Shown here: positions 45,917-56,103 of the stretch, piece after piece | Layout of the letters: the number at the start of each line of letters is the position of its first letter | Numbering within the stretch: the stretch's first letter is position 1 | NCBI GenBank assembly: GCA_965242515.1 | Contig: OZ251448.1 | Location: forward strand, 1,300,692-1,364,691 | Origin: Bdellovibrionales bacterium | GTDB taxonomy: Bacteria > Bdellovibrionota > Bdellovibrionia > Bdellovibrionales > UBA1609 | DNA: 64,000 nucleotides | Direction of reading: 5' to 3' | The notes under the pieces: generated by a model | The model's input: only the letters and a program-made list of their open reading frames with translations | Databases searched by the model: none | Told to the model about the DNA's origin: nothing | Made by a program: the position numbers and the translations under genes

Positions 45917-47098
45917 TGTATGTGTTCACTAATTTGGTGACAGAATCAAGTTTTATTATCTTTCATTTTTTTTGTTTTTACATCTTGTGCTTTTATACAC
46001 ATTTTGTTCACCTCCAACGGCACTTTGTTACCTAAACCCTGGTGTGGTCTTAACTCATTATAATATATCAAATACTCCTCCAACTCAGACTTAAACTTCT
46101 CTATTGTATCAAAAGTCGTACCATCTATTAAATCCTCATTCATTGTCCTCCAAAACCTCTCAATCTTACCATTTGTCTGTGGCCTGTAAGGTCTCGTATA
46201 TCTATGCCTTACCCCTAACTCCAATAACATCCTCTCAAAAGGATGCTCCAACTTATTGTTACGAGAACTAAACTCCGAACCATTATCACTCATCACCTCC
46301 TCAAACTGTATCTCATACCTTCTCTTTAATACATTAAATAACCTTAAGGTAGAAAACATCACTGTTAAACTCCTAATATCCTCTACCACCTCAGCCCAGG
46401 CTATACGCGTACAATCATCTATCACACACACTAAATAATACCTCTTGCTTTTTTTCTTACTACTACCTCTTTCAGAAGAAGAAGATACAACTATATCCCT
46501 GCCCAAATGATGGCAATCTATATGAGCTAACTCCCCAGCCCTTTGTTTTATGATCTTTTGCTTGTTTTCCTTCATCTTTGGCTTTAACCTATTAACCCCA
46601 TTCTTCTTAAAAATACGATACACCTTACTTGCTGATAATGGCTTATAACCTCTTTTTTTTAAAAGAGGGTTAAGTATATAACACATCTCATACCTATTCA
46701 CACCATATCTGCGATGCTTTAACACCTCTTGCTCTATATAAACACTCTCATCACTCCTCCTATGCTTCCACTTAGGACCTCTCCTTTGTGGCACTAAACT
46801 ACTAATATCTTTATTACTACTCAAATAACGATGATAATACTTAAAAAAAGTCTGACGATTAGTATTATGATACTTATAAAAATCACTCGCAAACCTAAAC
46901 TTAGGATGCTTCTTGCTCTTTACTAACTCATAATCCTTCATCAAATACCTCCACTTACTAATGTAACTCCTATAAATCGTCTTGTCTTGTGTATTATTTC
47001 TCATAACTTATCCCTCCCTTTTTATTTGTTTATGTTTTATACATATTGTTATGCTTAAACTAACATAAATTCTGTCACCAAATTAGTGAACATTTACA
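45917..47098 (-). mobile_element. intact IS481-like insertion sequence (1182 bp)
   Basis: 30-bp terminal inverted repeats TGTATGTGTTCACTAATTTGGTGACAGAAT and TGTAAATGTTCACTAATTTGGTGACAGAAT (28/30). 5-bp direct duplication GGAAT at 45912-45916 and 47099-47103. A single transposase ORF fills the element. Confidence 0.85.
45946..47004 (-). CDS. DDE transposase (HTH + rve integrase core; IS481-family-like)
   Basis: AHIDCHHLG (D), VMSDNGSEF (D) and YRPQTNGKIERFWRT (E). A 352-aa single ORF. Confidence 0.85.
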   Translation of the reverse strand: MRNNTQDKTIYRSYISKWRYLMKDYELVKSKKHPKFRFASDFYKYHNTNRQTFFKYYHRYLSSNKDISSLVPQRRGPKWKHRRSDESVYIEQEVLKHRRYGVNRYEMCYILNPLLKKRGYKPLSASKVYRIFKKNGVNRLKPKMKENKQKIIKQRAGELAHIDCHHLGRDIVVSSSSERGSSKKKSKRYYLVCVIDDCTRIAWAEVVEDIRSLTVMFSTLRLFNVLKRRYEIQFEEVMSDNGSEFSSRNNKLEHPFERMLLELGVRHRYTRPYRPQTNGKIERFWRTMNEDLIDGTTFDTIEKFKSELEEYLIYYNELRPHQGLGNKVPLEVNKMCIKAQDVKTKKMKDNKT

Positions 47099-47141
47099 GG
47101 AATGACAGTGGTAGACGCGGGAATAACAGCTGACGCAGAAA

Positions 47142-47208
47142 AGAATGTCTTAAACAATAAAGAGCTTTAGCTCTTTTGCTCCCCCCGTGCAAACGGGGGG
47201 CTGGGGGG
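47142..47208 (-). terminator. family G double hairpin acting as a probable terminator of 47221-49044
   Basis: It begins 12 nt after the stop codon. The minus strand reads CCCCCCGT-TTGC-ACGGGGGG, then AAAGAGC-loop-GCTCTTT, then ATTGTTT. Confidence 0.45.
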
Positions 47209-47220
47209 TATATTAACAGA

Positions 47221-49044
47221 TTAACAACTGCCACTTAAAAAACATTGTGCTAATTGTTGAATATTCTGATTTCTATGAATGTTTAACCTCCGTCTCACAA
47301 TTGCTTGCCTTAAGACACGAAGTGGAGGATTTCTTATCTGATATAAAGCTTGCAAAGCTGATAATAAAATTTCTGCATCGGTGCTGGTTTGCACCACCCG
47401 CACTAATTGCTGACCCACCTCTGGCTCTTGTGCTTGTAAAAAATGTAAAGTTTTAATAGCTTGTAATTGCACCCACTGACCATTATCAGTATGACTTTGA
47501 CTATTATAAACATAATGAGCAATTAAACGATTAATGGAAGAATCTTTTACTCGCGAATACGCTAACCCATATAAAGCGTACCACACCAGCCCGTAATGCT
47601 CTGGTGTATTCTTTAAAAAATAAACCATTCTATTAATAATAGCAGAATCGCTAACATTGAGATGCCCAAGGCTTTTCATTACCTGATAACACACTACAGG
47701 GTCTTGAGACACTTTAGATATACAAATGTTCATAAGCCTACGATGAGCACGATAATCTGTTATATTAAATATCTCTAAAATGAGAGCACTCCATATATTT
47801 TGATAAAACCGAGTTTGAAAATCATCTGAAGTTAAACCCAAACCCGGAAGTGGCACATGCTCATTATACATTAAAGCACTTAAAAAGTCATACGACTCAG
47901 AAGTAGACTGCATGACTGTATGTAGCGTGTGCTTGCGTAATTCAGACCAGTAAAAATTGTTCGTTACCCAATCAAAAGAATGTAAAAAATTTAAAAACTG
48001 AATTTTTATATAAGGTAAAAAAGGGCTAATCCTATTATACAACCCAGTGAACTCTGACTTAAATGTGTTATTATTTTTAATATCGTTAAAAATACCAAGG
48101 GCTGTACCTTTAAAAGGGCGATGCTCTAATACAAAACTTTTAATAGCTGTATAGGCTTTTGCACCATCACCTGCATGTAATAAACTCTCTATAGTACGCA
48201 AACCATCCGTATCAGATAAAGAAGATACATAAAGCGGACATATTTTTTGAAATTTTTTAAAATTAGGATGACTAGAAGATAAACTTTTTATCTCTTTAGC
48301 AGAACCACCTAAAGCATAACGATAAAATGGATTAAATGCATTGGGATCTCTTTGATCTAAATAATTTTTGTAACTTCCATATTGCTGGTTGATAGATTGA
48401 AAGTAACTATGTAACAAAGAGTGTATATTCTCACCTAAGGGGCTTAAAGAGTTAAAACCATAAATAGTGGTTTGCGGACCAGAAAACACCATCTGCATTT
48501 GCTCTTCAAAAGATAAACCAAAAGGTAAGTATTTAGCAGCTGATACCATTTGTGCCATGTCGGTAATCATGTGATATTCGTTTATTAAAATGCTGGCATA
48601 CTGTTCTGGAGTACGAGTGCCTGGACTTTTATCAGCTAAAGTATTGCAACCAAATAAAAATACTTCTTTTACCCGCGATAAAATCCCTTGGCAAGATCGA
48701 GTGCAAGATTGCCGTTGCATCATACTCACCGGTAAAATGTAATTATGTTTTTTGCCAAAAAACAACCCTCCAAAATGCCCTGAAATGACTAACACATCAC
48801 ACTGATACTGCCTCTGACAAGCTGACATAAACCAATGCGTGTTGTTAGGAAGACTTTTTACAGATAAAGGCACTAATTCTATAAAATCAAAATCTTGTGG
48901 ACTTAAGTACTGTTTAAAAATATCAATCTCGTCTGAAGAATTAATGGTGACAGCACATAATTTATACTTAGCCATAACCATACATGGCCAATACATCAGC
49001 AATAAAAAACATACCCATAACTTGATACGAACTAAACTAAACAT
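47221..49044 (-). CDS. hypothetical secreted protein with caspase-like His/Cys dyad pattern in the N-terminal domain
   Basis: Signal-like N-terminus. Strand-plus-residue patterns CDVLVISGH(90)FGG and EVFLFGC(133)NTLA lie 43 aa apart. The C-terminal about 350 aa are helical-repeat-like. Confidence 0.5.
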   Translation of the reverse strand: MFSLVRIKLWVCFLLLMYWPCMVMAKYKLCAVTINSSDEIDIFKQYLSPQDFDFIELVPLSVKSLPNNTHWFMSACQRQYQCDVLVISGHFGGLFFGKKHNYILPVSMMQRQSCTRSCQGILSRVKEVFLFGCNTLADKSPGTRTPEQYASILINEYHMITDMAQMVSAAKYLPFGLSFEEQMQMVFSGPQTTIYGFNSLSPLGENIHSLLHSYFQSINQQYGSYKNYLDQRDPNAFNPFYRYALGGSAKEIKSLSSSHPNFKKFQKICPLYVSSLSDTDGLRTIESLLHAGDGAKAYTAIKSFVLEHRPFKGTALGIFNDIKNNNTFKSEFTGLYNRISPFLPYIKIQFLNFLHSFDWVTNNFYWSELRKHTLHTVMQSTSESYDFLSALMYNEHVPLPGLGLTSDDFQTRFYQNIWSALILEIFNITDYRAHRRLMNICISKVSQDPVVCYQVMKSLGHLNVSDSAIINRMVYFLKNTPEHYGLVWYALYGLAYSRVKDSSINRLIAHYVYNSQSHTDNGQWVQLQAIKTLHFLQAQEPEVGQQLVRVVQTSTDAEILLSALQALYQIRNPPLRVLRQAIVRRRLNIHRNQNIQQLAQCFLSGSC

Positions 49045-49343
49045 TAAATATAATGCTAAACACTGACCCGCAATAAGACCAACAATAAAACTAAAGATAA
49101 GTATTAAAAACCAACCTTATGTCTAGCCACCAAAGGGGGATTCATTTGATGCACTACTTAGCCCTCACCACCTAATACTAATCAATGCCCCTCAAAGTGG
49201 CTTCACTGCCAGTGCCTCCCAATCATGTTCTCAACTAAAGCATGCCTCCATTTTAAAAAATGGTTTTTATGCACTGTATAAAAAATAGTCTTTTATTTTG
49301 ACAAAGGGGCTTATGTTTGAAAGCATTTTAAAAAGAGGTAAGA

Positions 49344-51320
49344 ATGGATTCTCAAGAAACACACAAAAACCAAAACATAGCTAGAAACAGTATAAGCAGA
49401 AACAGTGCAGACAGAAACACAGGTTGGGATACAGCCAGCAACACTGAGTTACCCAATGTTACTTCTACTTCTGCGGGAGTTTGGAGGAAAGCTCAATTAC
49501 AAAGGCGTTTTTCTAACACACTAAGAGAAAATGCTTTTATGGAAACACAAATCCAGTTTTTGAAAAAAAAAAATCGGCTCATGTCCGATAAAAATATTTT
49601 TTTACAAGACCAATTTCTTATTTTAAAAGAAAAATATCATATCCTACAAACCAAGAATAAACAAGCACAGTTCACCAATAATTCACCTACTCTACCCTCT
49701 TCTCGCACTACTTTTACAAAGCGTAAACCAACCATACCTGCCTCTCATACCACGACCTACAATAATATAACCGATAGTGATAGCAAGCAAGGTGTATCAC
49801 TTACCAAACAACAAAATACCAATAATAATCATATTACTAATAGCACTCATAGTATGCACCAGCAAATAACAACAAAAATATCAACAAATAACATAGCAGA
49901 AGATAACATAGCAGAAGATAAAACAACAGAGACAAAAAAGCTTTCCCTTGCTCTGTTTTCTGCAGGGGTTGTGATTAACAAACAAAGAATGGCTTTACAA
50001 GCTATATCGAAGCTCATACAGGCTCATAAAAAGCACAACTGGTTATTTTTTAAAAAACAAAAAAAACGGCAAAATACGATACAACATTTAAATATACAAT
50101 TACAAAATTACTTACAGCAAATTACTCGTAAAGGGAATGTTTTTCATCAATGGCAGAAAATGGTTATTCAAAAACAAATTTTAAAACACAATAAAAAAAT
50201 GCAAAAAACAATAAAACACTTAAGCAGTGAAAAAAACAAAGTGCAACAAAAATACACACAATTAAAAGCCAAGTGGGAAGATCGCATCTCTATTATTACA
50301 CAACATAAAAAACATTGTTTTCAACAAGCTATTTTGCAACATAAAGAGCAGAAAAAACAAATTATTGCACAGTTTAACAATAAAATAACAACCATGGAGG
50401 ATAAACAAAATAATGATATTAAAAGCATCCAACATAAGCATCAAGAGCTTTTATCTCAAAAAGAATTAGAATACAAAAAACAATTATCCGAAAACGAAAA
50501 AAGCTACGAGCAACTATTAAATAAAAAAACAGCACAAGTTGCACGATTAAATAATGATGTAGCTAACCTTCAAAAACAAAAAATGAATAGTGAAAAACAA
50601 GGAGTAGAAAAAGCCACCACACAACTGAAAAAAGAACATGAGTTATTGTTAAAAGAAAAAACCACTGAATGGCAAAAAATAAAAACCCGTTATGAAGAAA
50701 CATTAGCTGACATAAAAAACAATCGTGAAAAAGAAATACAAAATTTAAAAAATACTTATAATAAAAAAATTAACAAAAACCAACAAGCTTTAGATGAGCG
50801 TATGATAGAGCTTAAAGAAGAGCATGATAACCAACTGCATCTTTTGCGTACAGAAATGGAGCATGAATTATTAGCAGAAAGAAGAAAATTCATTAAAGCA
50901 GAAAAAACCTACAATGATGATATTAATAAGCTACAAAAAGATTTTAGAGAATTACAATCAGAATTGGAGTTAAAAAAATTTCATCACAAAAAACAAGAAA
51001 TAAAAGAAAATGAATTAGAAGGTTTGAGGGTTTTAAACACCACATTACAAAAAGAAAATAAAAAATTAAAAACTCTTTGGGAAAATCAACGCCCTAATAT
51101 GGAAAAGCAACAACAGCAAATAATATGCTTGCAAAAACTTAATTCAGAATTAAGTCACACTTTACAAAATCAGTATATCAAAAAAGAAGACACAATTTAT
51201 GAGCAAAACAGCGAAAATCATCAACAAGTAATAGATAAACTTTCATCGTCAGCTTCTCGCATTCAACCTGTACCTAATATTCAGTCTGTTTTTAAAGATA
51301 TTCACATTCACAATCCTTAA
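49344..51320 (+). CDS. hypothetical long coiled-coil protein
   Basis: 658 aa. Asn/Ser/Thr-rich N-terminal third, then a K/Q/E-rich heptad-like sequence. No signal peptide. Confidence 0.5.
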   Translation: MDSQETHKNQNIARNSISRNSADRNTGWDTASNTELPNVTSTSAGVWRKAQLQRRFSNTLRENAFMETQIQFLKKKNRLMSDKNIFLQDQFLILKEKYHILQTKNKQAQFTNNSPTLPSSRTTFTKRKPTIPASHTTTYNNITDSDSKQGVSLTKQQNTNNNHITNSTHSMHQQITTKISTNNIAEDNIAEDKTTETKKLSLALFSAGVVINKQRMALQAISKLIQAHKKHNWLFFKKQKKRQNTIQHLNIQLQNYLQQITRKGNVFHQWQKMVIQKQILKHNKKMQKTIKHLSSEKNKVQQKYTQLKAKWEDRISIITQHKKHCFQQAILQHKEQKKQIIAQFNNKITTMEDKQNNDIKSIQHKHQELLSQKELEYKKQLSENEKSYEQLLNKKTAQVARLNNDVANLQKQKMNSEKQGVEKATTQLKKEHELLLKEKTTEWQKIKTRYEETLADIKNNREKEIQNLKNTYNKKINKNQQALDERMIELKEEHDNQLHLLRTEMEHELLAERRKFIKAEKTYNDDINKLQKDFRELQSELELKKFHHKKQEIKENELEGLRVLNTTLQKENKKLKTLWENQRPNMEKQQQQIICLQKLNSELSHTLQNQYIKKEDTIYEQNSENHQQVIDKLSSSASRIQPVPNIQSVFKDIHIHNP

Positions 51321-51398
51321 TCATTTTTAAGCATAATTCATAAATTTGATATTGAAAAATATATTTTTTTATTATAAAAATGTTAATCATGCAAAAAA

Positions 51399-51722
51399 TT
51401 AACATTCTATTTGTGTTAACGATGCGAGTTTTTTTTCTAACTCGCCGGAGGCGTATTGTTCTTGCACAATGTCGCACCCGCCAATAAACTCTTTGTTAAT
51501 ATAGAGCTGGGGGATAGTGGGCCAATCAGAGTATTTCTTAACCTCTTCACGAATGGTGTTATCCGATAACACATCAAAATAGCCAAACGGGGCGTTTAGG
51601 GCTTGCAGAATCTGCACCACCCGGGCTGAAAAACCACATTGTGGCTGATCTGGTGAGCCTTTCATAAACAACATCACTTTATGATCGGCAATCATACGAG
51701 CAATTTCTTCTTTTATTTCCAT
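51399..51722 (-). CDS. grxD: monothiol glutaredoxin (Grx4 type)
   Basis: 107 aa with CGFS active site (PQCGFSARVV) and WPTIPQLYI. Confidence 0.9.
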   Translation of the reverse strand: MEIKEEIARMIADHKVMLFMKGSPDQPQCGFSARVVQILQALNAPFGYFDVLSDNTIREEVKKYSDWPTIPQLYINKEFIGGCDIVQEQYASGELEKKLASLTQIEC

Positions 51723-52041
51723 TTTTCAAGACCTCCCTCAATTTTTTTACAGTTTTTCCACATAGTTTAAACACTCATTATAACCTCTAGCCTAGGCTTT
51801 AGTGCAGTCTTAAAACCACAAATTTAAGGATTTTTACACCTACAAGACCTATTTTGCACTTATTATTTGTTTATTTTTGCTTATTTAATGTGAAAATTTT
51901 ACAATCTGCATAATAAACCATATAATTAAAGCTCCTTATATGGTAACTTTGAACTATTGTTTTGCAATTTTTATGCAAAAGCTTAAAAAAAGGGCTTTAA
52001 AACAAATTTTAGGTAAATGCAGACAAAAAAGTAGGTTAAGA

Positions 52042-53229
52042 ATGAATTTTTTAAAAATACTATTTCAAGCTATTATATTTCTTGCATTCATTGCACTAGC
52101 TACTAATGTATGGGCTGATTCTAGTTACGATGAAGACGACATCATTGTAGAAGAAACCATTATACACCAAAAACCAGCACCTAAAAAATCTAAAAAAGTT
52201 GTTACATGGAAAAAAACTACCCCAAAAGTATCCGTACAACCTCCTGTTAAAGTAAAAGGTATTCCTGTCTCTAAAACTTACGCCACTGAACTACAAAAAT
52301 CTCGGCAAGATGCTGAAATACAAACAGAGCAAAAAATTGTAGAAAAATTAGAAGCCAACCGATTACGAGACGAACAAGAAAGGTTTAATAGATTATTTGG
52401 CAGAAAAAACTCTAAAAAAACTGTTGTATTCAATACACCTAATAAGTCTCATATCACTAGTGGTATGTATTCTTCAGCCCGCACAAGTAGCAAGGGTGGT
52501 AGTACTGCTTCCTACAGAAGAGACCGCACTTATGCAGGTGCTAGTGCAGGGCAAATTACTAACCTTAGGCAACAGATAGTTAATTTGCAGTCTTTTGGTA
52601 GTTTTGGTGCCGTATTTGGTGCTTATGATACTAGTGGTCTTATGATGGAAGGCTCTTTTTATTACTCTACCCATCAATTATCACCTCAAAACAACTTTTT
52701 TGCTAATCAGGGTATGTTTGGTAATCAATTTTTAGCTAATAATATTAACTTTAATAATTTTAATAATTTGTTTTTCTCTACCATAAGGCAGTTGACATCA
52801 GCATTATCTATAAAATTCACTCCTTTTTCTGGTCGTTTTAAACCTTATATAGGTATATCTGCTATGTATAACTGGTGGTTTTACAACCATAATACTTCAT
52901 TTAATAATAACTTGAATTTTAACTGTCACATGAGTTATCAGTTTTGTGCCAATGGTTTTTACCGCACTCACTCTATTGATATTGGTTTAAATGTAGGTGT
53001 AGATTTAAGTTTAACTCACAAAGTAGATTTAGGTTTTCAAGTTTTAGTTAGCACGATGAATATATACAATAACCATAACAATGTGTTTTATAATCAATAC
53101 TACACAAATAGCCCATTTTTCGGACTCAATGCTTTTAACAATGTAAATGCCTTAGGGGGAGTGAACCCCATTACTTTAGAATCCACCAACTGGGTTATTG
53201 CAGCAGTGAATGTTAAATTCTATTTTTAA
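52042..53229 (+). CDS. hypothetical outer-membrane beta-barrel-like protein
   Basis: The ATG at 52042 gives the signal peptide MNFLKILFQAIIFLAFIALATNVWA. Asn/Phe/Tyr-rich C-terminal half ending VNVKFYF. Confidence 0.55.
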   Translation: MNFLKILFQAIIFLAFIALATNVWADSSYDEDDIIVEETIIHQKPAPKKSKKVVTWKKTTPKVSVQPPVKVKGIPVSKTYATELQKSRQDAEIQTEQKIVEKLEANRLRDEQERFNRLFGRKNSKKTVVFNTPNKSHITSGMYSSARTSSKGGSTASYRRDRTYAGASAGQITNLRQQIVNLQSFGSFGAVFGAYDTSGLMMEGSFYYSTHQLSPQNNFFANQGMFGNQFLANNINFNNFNNLFFSTIRQLTSALSIKFTPFSGRFKPYIGISAMYNWWFYNHNTSFNNNLNFNCHMSYQFCANGFYRTHSIDIGLNVGVDLSLTHKVDLGFQVLVSTMNIYNNHNNVFYNQYYTNSPFFGLNAFNNVNALGGVNPITLESTNWVIAAVNVKFYF

Positions 53230-53231
53230 TA

Positions 53232-54983
53232 GTGCTGGCTTTTCTATTAAAATTATTTAACTACAAAACACATCATCTAACAAAACAACATATTTTTGTT
53301 ATTACTTTTTGTGTGTGGGCTTGTATGGTTTCTGCACAACCTTTTAAAGCACAAAATTTTATTGTGGCGGGTCCTTCTCCTTATATGGTGCAAACAGCAA
53401 AAGATATTATCCAAAAAGGTGGGAATATTTTTGATTCTGCCATTGCCAGTGCTTTTGTTTTAAGTGTAACAACTCCTTATTTTGTGTCTTTAGGTTGTGG
53501 TGGGTTTGCGTTGCTGAAAAAAAATACTTCAAACATAGTGGCATTAGATTTTCGCGAAACAGCTCCGCACAAAACCACAGCAAACTTTTTTACAAAAAAC
53601 AATTTATCTTCTAGAATAAGTGGAACGGCGGTTGCCACACCAGGGTTTGTAGCAGGCATGTGGGCTATCCACAAAAAATATGGGAAATTACCATGGTCTA
53701 AGTTACTTAAACCAGCCATAAGGCTTGCAGAAAAGGGGTTTTTAGTTTCTGGAGACCACTTTCATCGCACTCAAAATCAACAATCAAAGTTTAATCTTTC
53801 AGGTAAAAGAATCTTTTTTCACTCTGACACTTCCCCTTACCTCCCCGGAGAAACTTTAAAACAAACTAAGCTCGCCCGAGCTTTACGACTGCTTAGCCGT
53901 CAAGGTAGACATGCTTTTTATAAAGGCTCTATCGGCAAAGATGTAATTCATAGTGTAACACATGCCAAAGGGGTTATAAGTGCTACTGACTTACATCATT
54001 ATAAAGTACATTGGAGAACTCCTATCAAATGGAACTTTCGCGAATACCAATTACATAGTATGCCACTGCCAAGCTCTGGGGGTATTATTTTAGCCCGAGC
54101 TTTAAAACTGATAGAGCATTTTAAAAAAAGGTATAATCAGGTTATCCCATTCCAAAGCATTAACGAAAATCACCTTTTTGCAACATCATTAGCTTTAGCT
54201 TTTAAACCTAGATTCAATATGGGGGCAAAAATCATCAGTACCGTATCAAAACATAACTTAGCTTTAAAAAAATGGCTGTCAGATGCACAGCTTAAAAAAT
54301 TAGCTGATAAAATCTCTTTACATTCTGTTATATCTCATAGTGCAAAACCATCTCATGCTGATGTCAAAAAACCTGATACTCAACCTAAGGCAGTCAAAAA
54401 AGAAACCACACATTTTTCTATGATGAATAACAAGGGTCAAGCAGTATCTATGACTCTTACTTTAAATAGTAATTATGGCTCTTTTGTAGTGACCAAAAAA
54501 TACGGTATTGTATTAAATAATCAAATGGATGATTTTAATACTCGCCCGGGCAAAGCTAACCAATTTGGTCTCATTCAAGGTAGTAACAATAATGTGCAAG
54601 GGGGCAAAGCACCTTTAAGCTCAATGAGTCCTACTATTGTGGAAAAAAAAGGTCGCACTGTTTTAGTATTAGGGGCTGCCGGAGGACCTATGATTATTAG
54701 TGCTGTGTTTCAAACTTTATATCATTATTTAATCCATCGCTTAGATTTGGATTTAGCAGTGCAAGCACCACGCCTGCATCATCAATTTCTACCTAACATA
54801 TTATATGTAGATAAAAACCGATTTACCCCTATCATAATCCGCTCACTTAAACGCAAAGGGCATAATGTAAGAACACGAAAATCTATTGCCACAGTGCAAG
54901 CTGTTGGTGCATTAAATGATACACACAAGCTTTTAGAAGGGGCTTTTGATGCACGCGGAGTTGGTATGGCTGGAGGATTTTAA
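53232..54983 (+). CDS. ggt: gamma-glutamyltranspeptidase
   Basis: GTG start. Autoprocessing Thr context KKETTHFSMMN. LSSMSPTIV and GAAGGPMII motifs. Confidence 0.9.
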   Translation: MLAFLLKLFNYKTHHLTKQHIFVITFCVWACMVSAQPFKAQNFIVAGPSPYMVQTAKDIIQKGGNIFDSAIASAFVLSVTTPYFVSLGCGGFALLKKNTSNIVALDFRETAPHKTTANFFTKNNLSSRISGTAVATPGFVAGMWAIHKKYGKLPWSKLLKPAIRLAEKGFLVSGDHFHRTQNQQSKFNLSGKRIFFHSDTSPYLPGETLKQTKLARALRLLSRQGRHAFYKGSIGKDVIHSVTHAKGVISATDLHHYKVHWRTPIKWNFREYQLHSMPLPSSGGIILARALKLIEHFKKRYNQVIPFQSINENHLFATSLALAFKPRFNMGAKIISTVSKHNLALKKWLSDAQLKKLADKISLHSVISHSAKPSHADVKKPDTQPKAVKKETTHFSMMNNKGQAVSMTLTLNSNYGSFVVTKKYGIVLNNQMDDFNTRPGKANQFGLIQGSNNNVQGGKAPLSSMSPTIVEKKGRTVLVLGAAGGPMIISAVFQTLYHYLIHRLDLDLAVQAPRLHHQFLPNILYVDKNRFTPIIIRSLKRKGHNVRTRKSIATVQAVGALNDTHKLLEGAFDARGVGMAGGF

Positions 54984-55013
54984 AATCTTAAAAATGCTGA
55001 TAAGTTAAATACT

Positions 55014-55697
55014 ATGATAAAAAAGCGATTTAAATTCATTTTATTTACACTGATTATAGTGTGTGTGGGGTATTATGCTTTCACTAATCATTATTTGAAT
55101 CATCATCCGGCAGATACTCAAACAGCTAAAAAACCTAATGATACAGAAAGTTCATCTCTTACTTTAAGCGAAAGGATTGAAAAACGAAGTCTTGCTATCA
55201 AAGAAAGTCAAAAAGAACATCAAACAAAAGAACAAGAATTTATTGATGCCCAAAACAAACAAACACCTACTGCACCTTACAAAGATTTATCGCTAAAAAA
55301 AGATGATATAGATAACACACAACAACAATACGACAACCCACCACAAAACGAAGACCGCTTGCAAGTTATTGTAGAAGAGCTAAAAAGACCTTTTTTTGAA
55401 AATCCAGATGAAGAAGATTTAAATAACTCTATTCGTCGTCGCTTAGCCAATAGAGAATGGTTAGAAGAAAACCTACAAAACACTAACAAATTAGAAAAAC
55501 AAAATTTTATTAAACGGTTTGTGCAAATCGCCAAAGAACAAGGCTATAGAGTGCATTTTCCCAAAAAAGGGTGGAAAGTTATTTTAGAACCTATAGAAGA
55601 TGCACCAAAAAATAAAAATCAAAATAAAACAACAGATAAAATCATCTCTAAAGAAGGAGAAGAAATAGAATTAGAAAACCCCACCATCCGCTGGTAA
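55014..55697 (+). CDS. hypothetical membrane-anchored protein
   Basis: N-terminal TM FKFILFTLIIVCVGYYAF. Charged remainder. Confidence 0.5.
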   Translation: MIKKRFKFILFTLIIVCVGYYAFTNHYLNHHPADTQTAKKPNDTESSSLTLSERIEKRSLAIKESQKEHQTKEQEFIDAQNKQTPTAPYKDLSLKKDDIDNTQQQYDNPPQNEDRLQVIVEELKRPFFENPDEEDLNNSIRRRLANREWLEENLQNTNKLEKQNFIKRFVQIAKEQGYRVHFPKKGWKVILEPIEDAPKNKNQNKTTDKIISKEGEEIELENPTIRW

Positions 55698-55734
55698 TTA
55701 CTTAAATCGTTTTTTAAACGATGCTGAAAATCCG

Positions 55735-55787
55735 CACCTTAGTTGTTAAAAATAATGAAAATCAACACCTTAGTTGTTAAAAATAAT
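55735..55787. repeat. 22-bp direct repeat CACCTTAGTTGTTAAAAATAAT x2
   Basis: Copies at 55735-55756 and 55766-55787. Confidence 0.8.
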
Positions 55788-55812
55788 CAAAAACTATGAT
55801 AAAAATCATATT

Positions 55813-55954
55813 ATGTTTTATAAACGAAAGCTAAATTTACTTAAACTAATAGCAAAAAAGTCTTTTTTCGCTTGGTCCTCGTTCTACGGGGAAAACCACT
55901 CTTATTCATCAGTATTTTCCCAAAGCTAAAATTTATATATTGCACGAACAGTAG
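55813..55954 (+). pseudogene. remnant of an AAA_14-type ATPase gene (N-terminus only, frameshifted)
   Basis: MFYKRKLNLLKLIAKKS in one frame continues as LFSLGPRSTGKTTLIHQYFPKAKIYIL (Walker A) in another, then stops. Same family as 33546-34709. Confidence 0.55.
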
Positions 55955-56103
55955 CCAAAAAATACTATATATAACACAATACATTAAAAATAACCTAAAA
56001 TATTATTAAATATTTAGTTGATTTTTTCATAAAAACTGTATAAAAAGTAGATGATTATATGTATTTGTAATATTATAACCAATTTAATGAGGAGGTATTT
56101 ATC

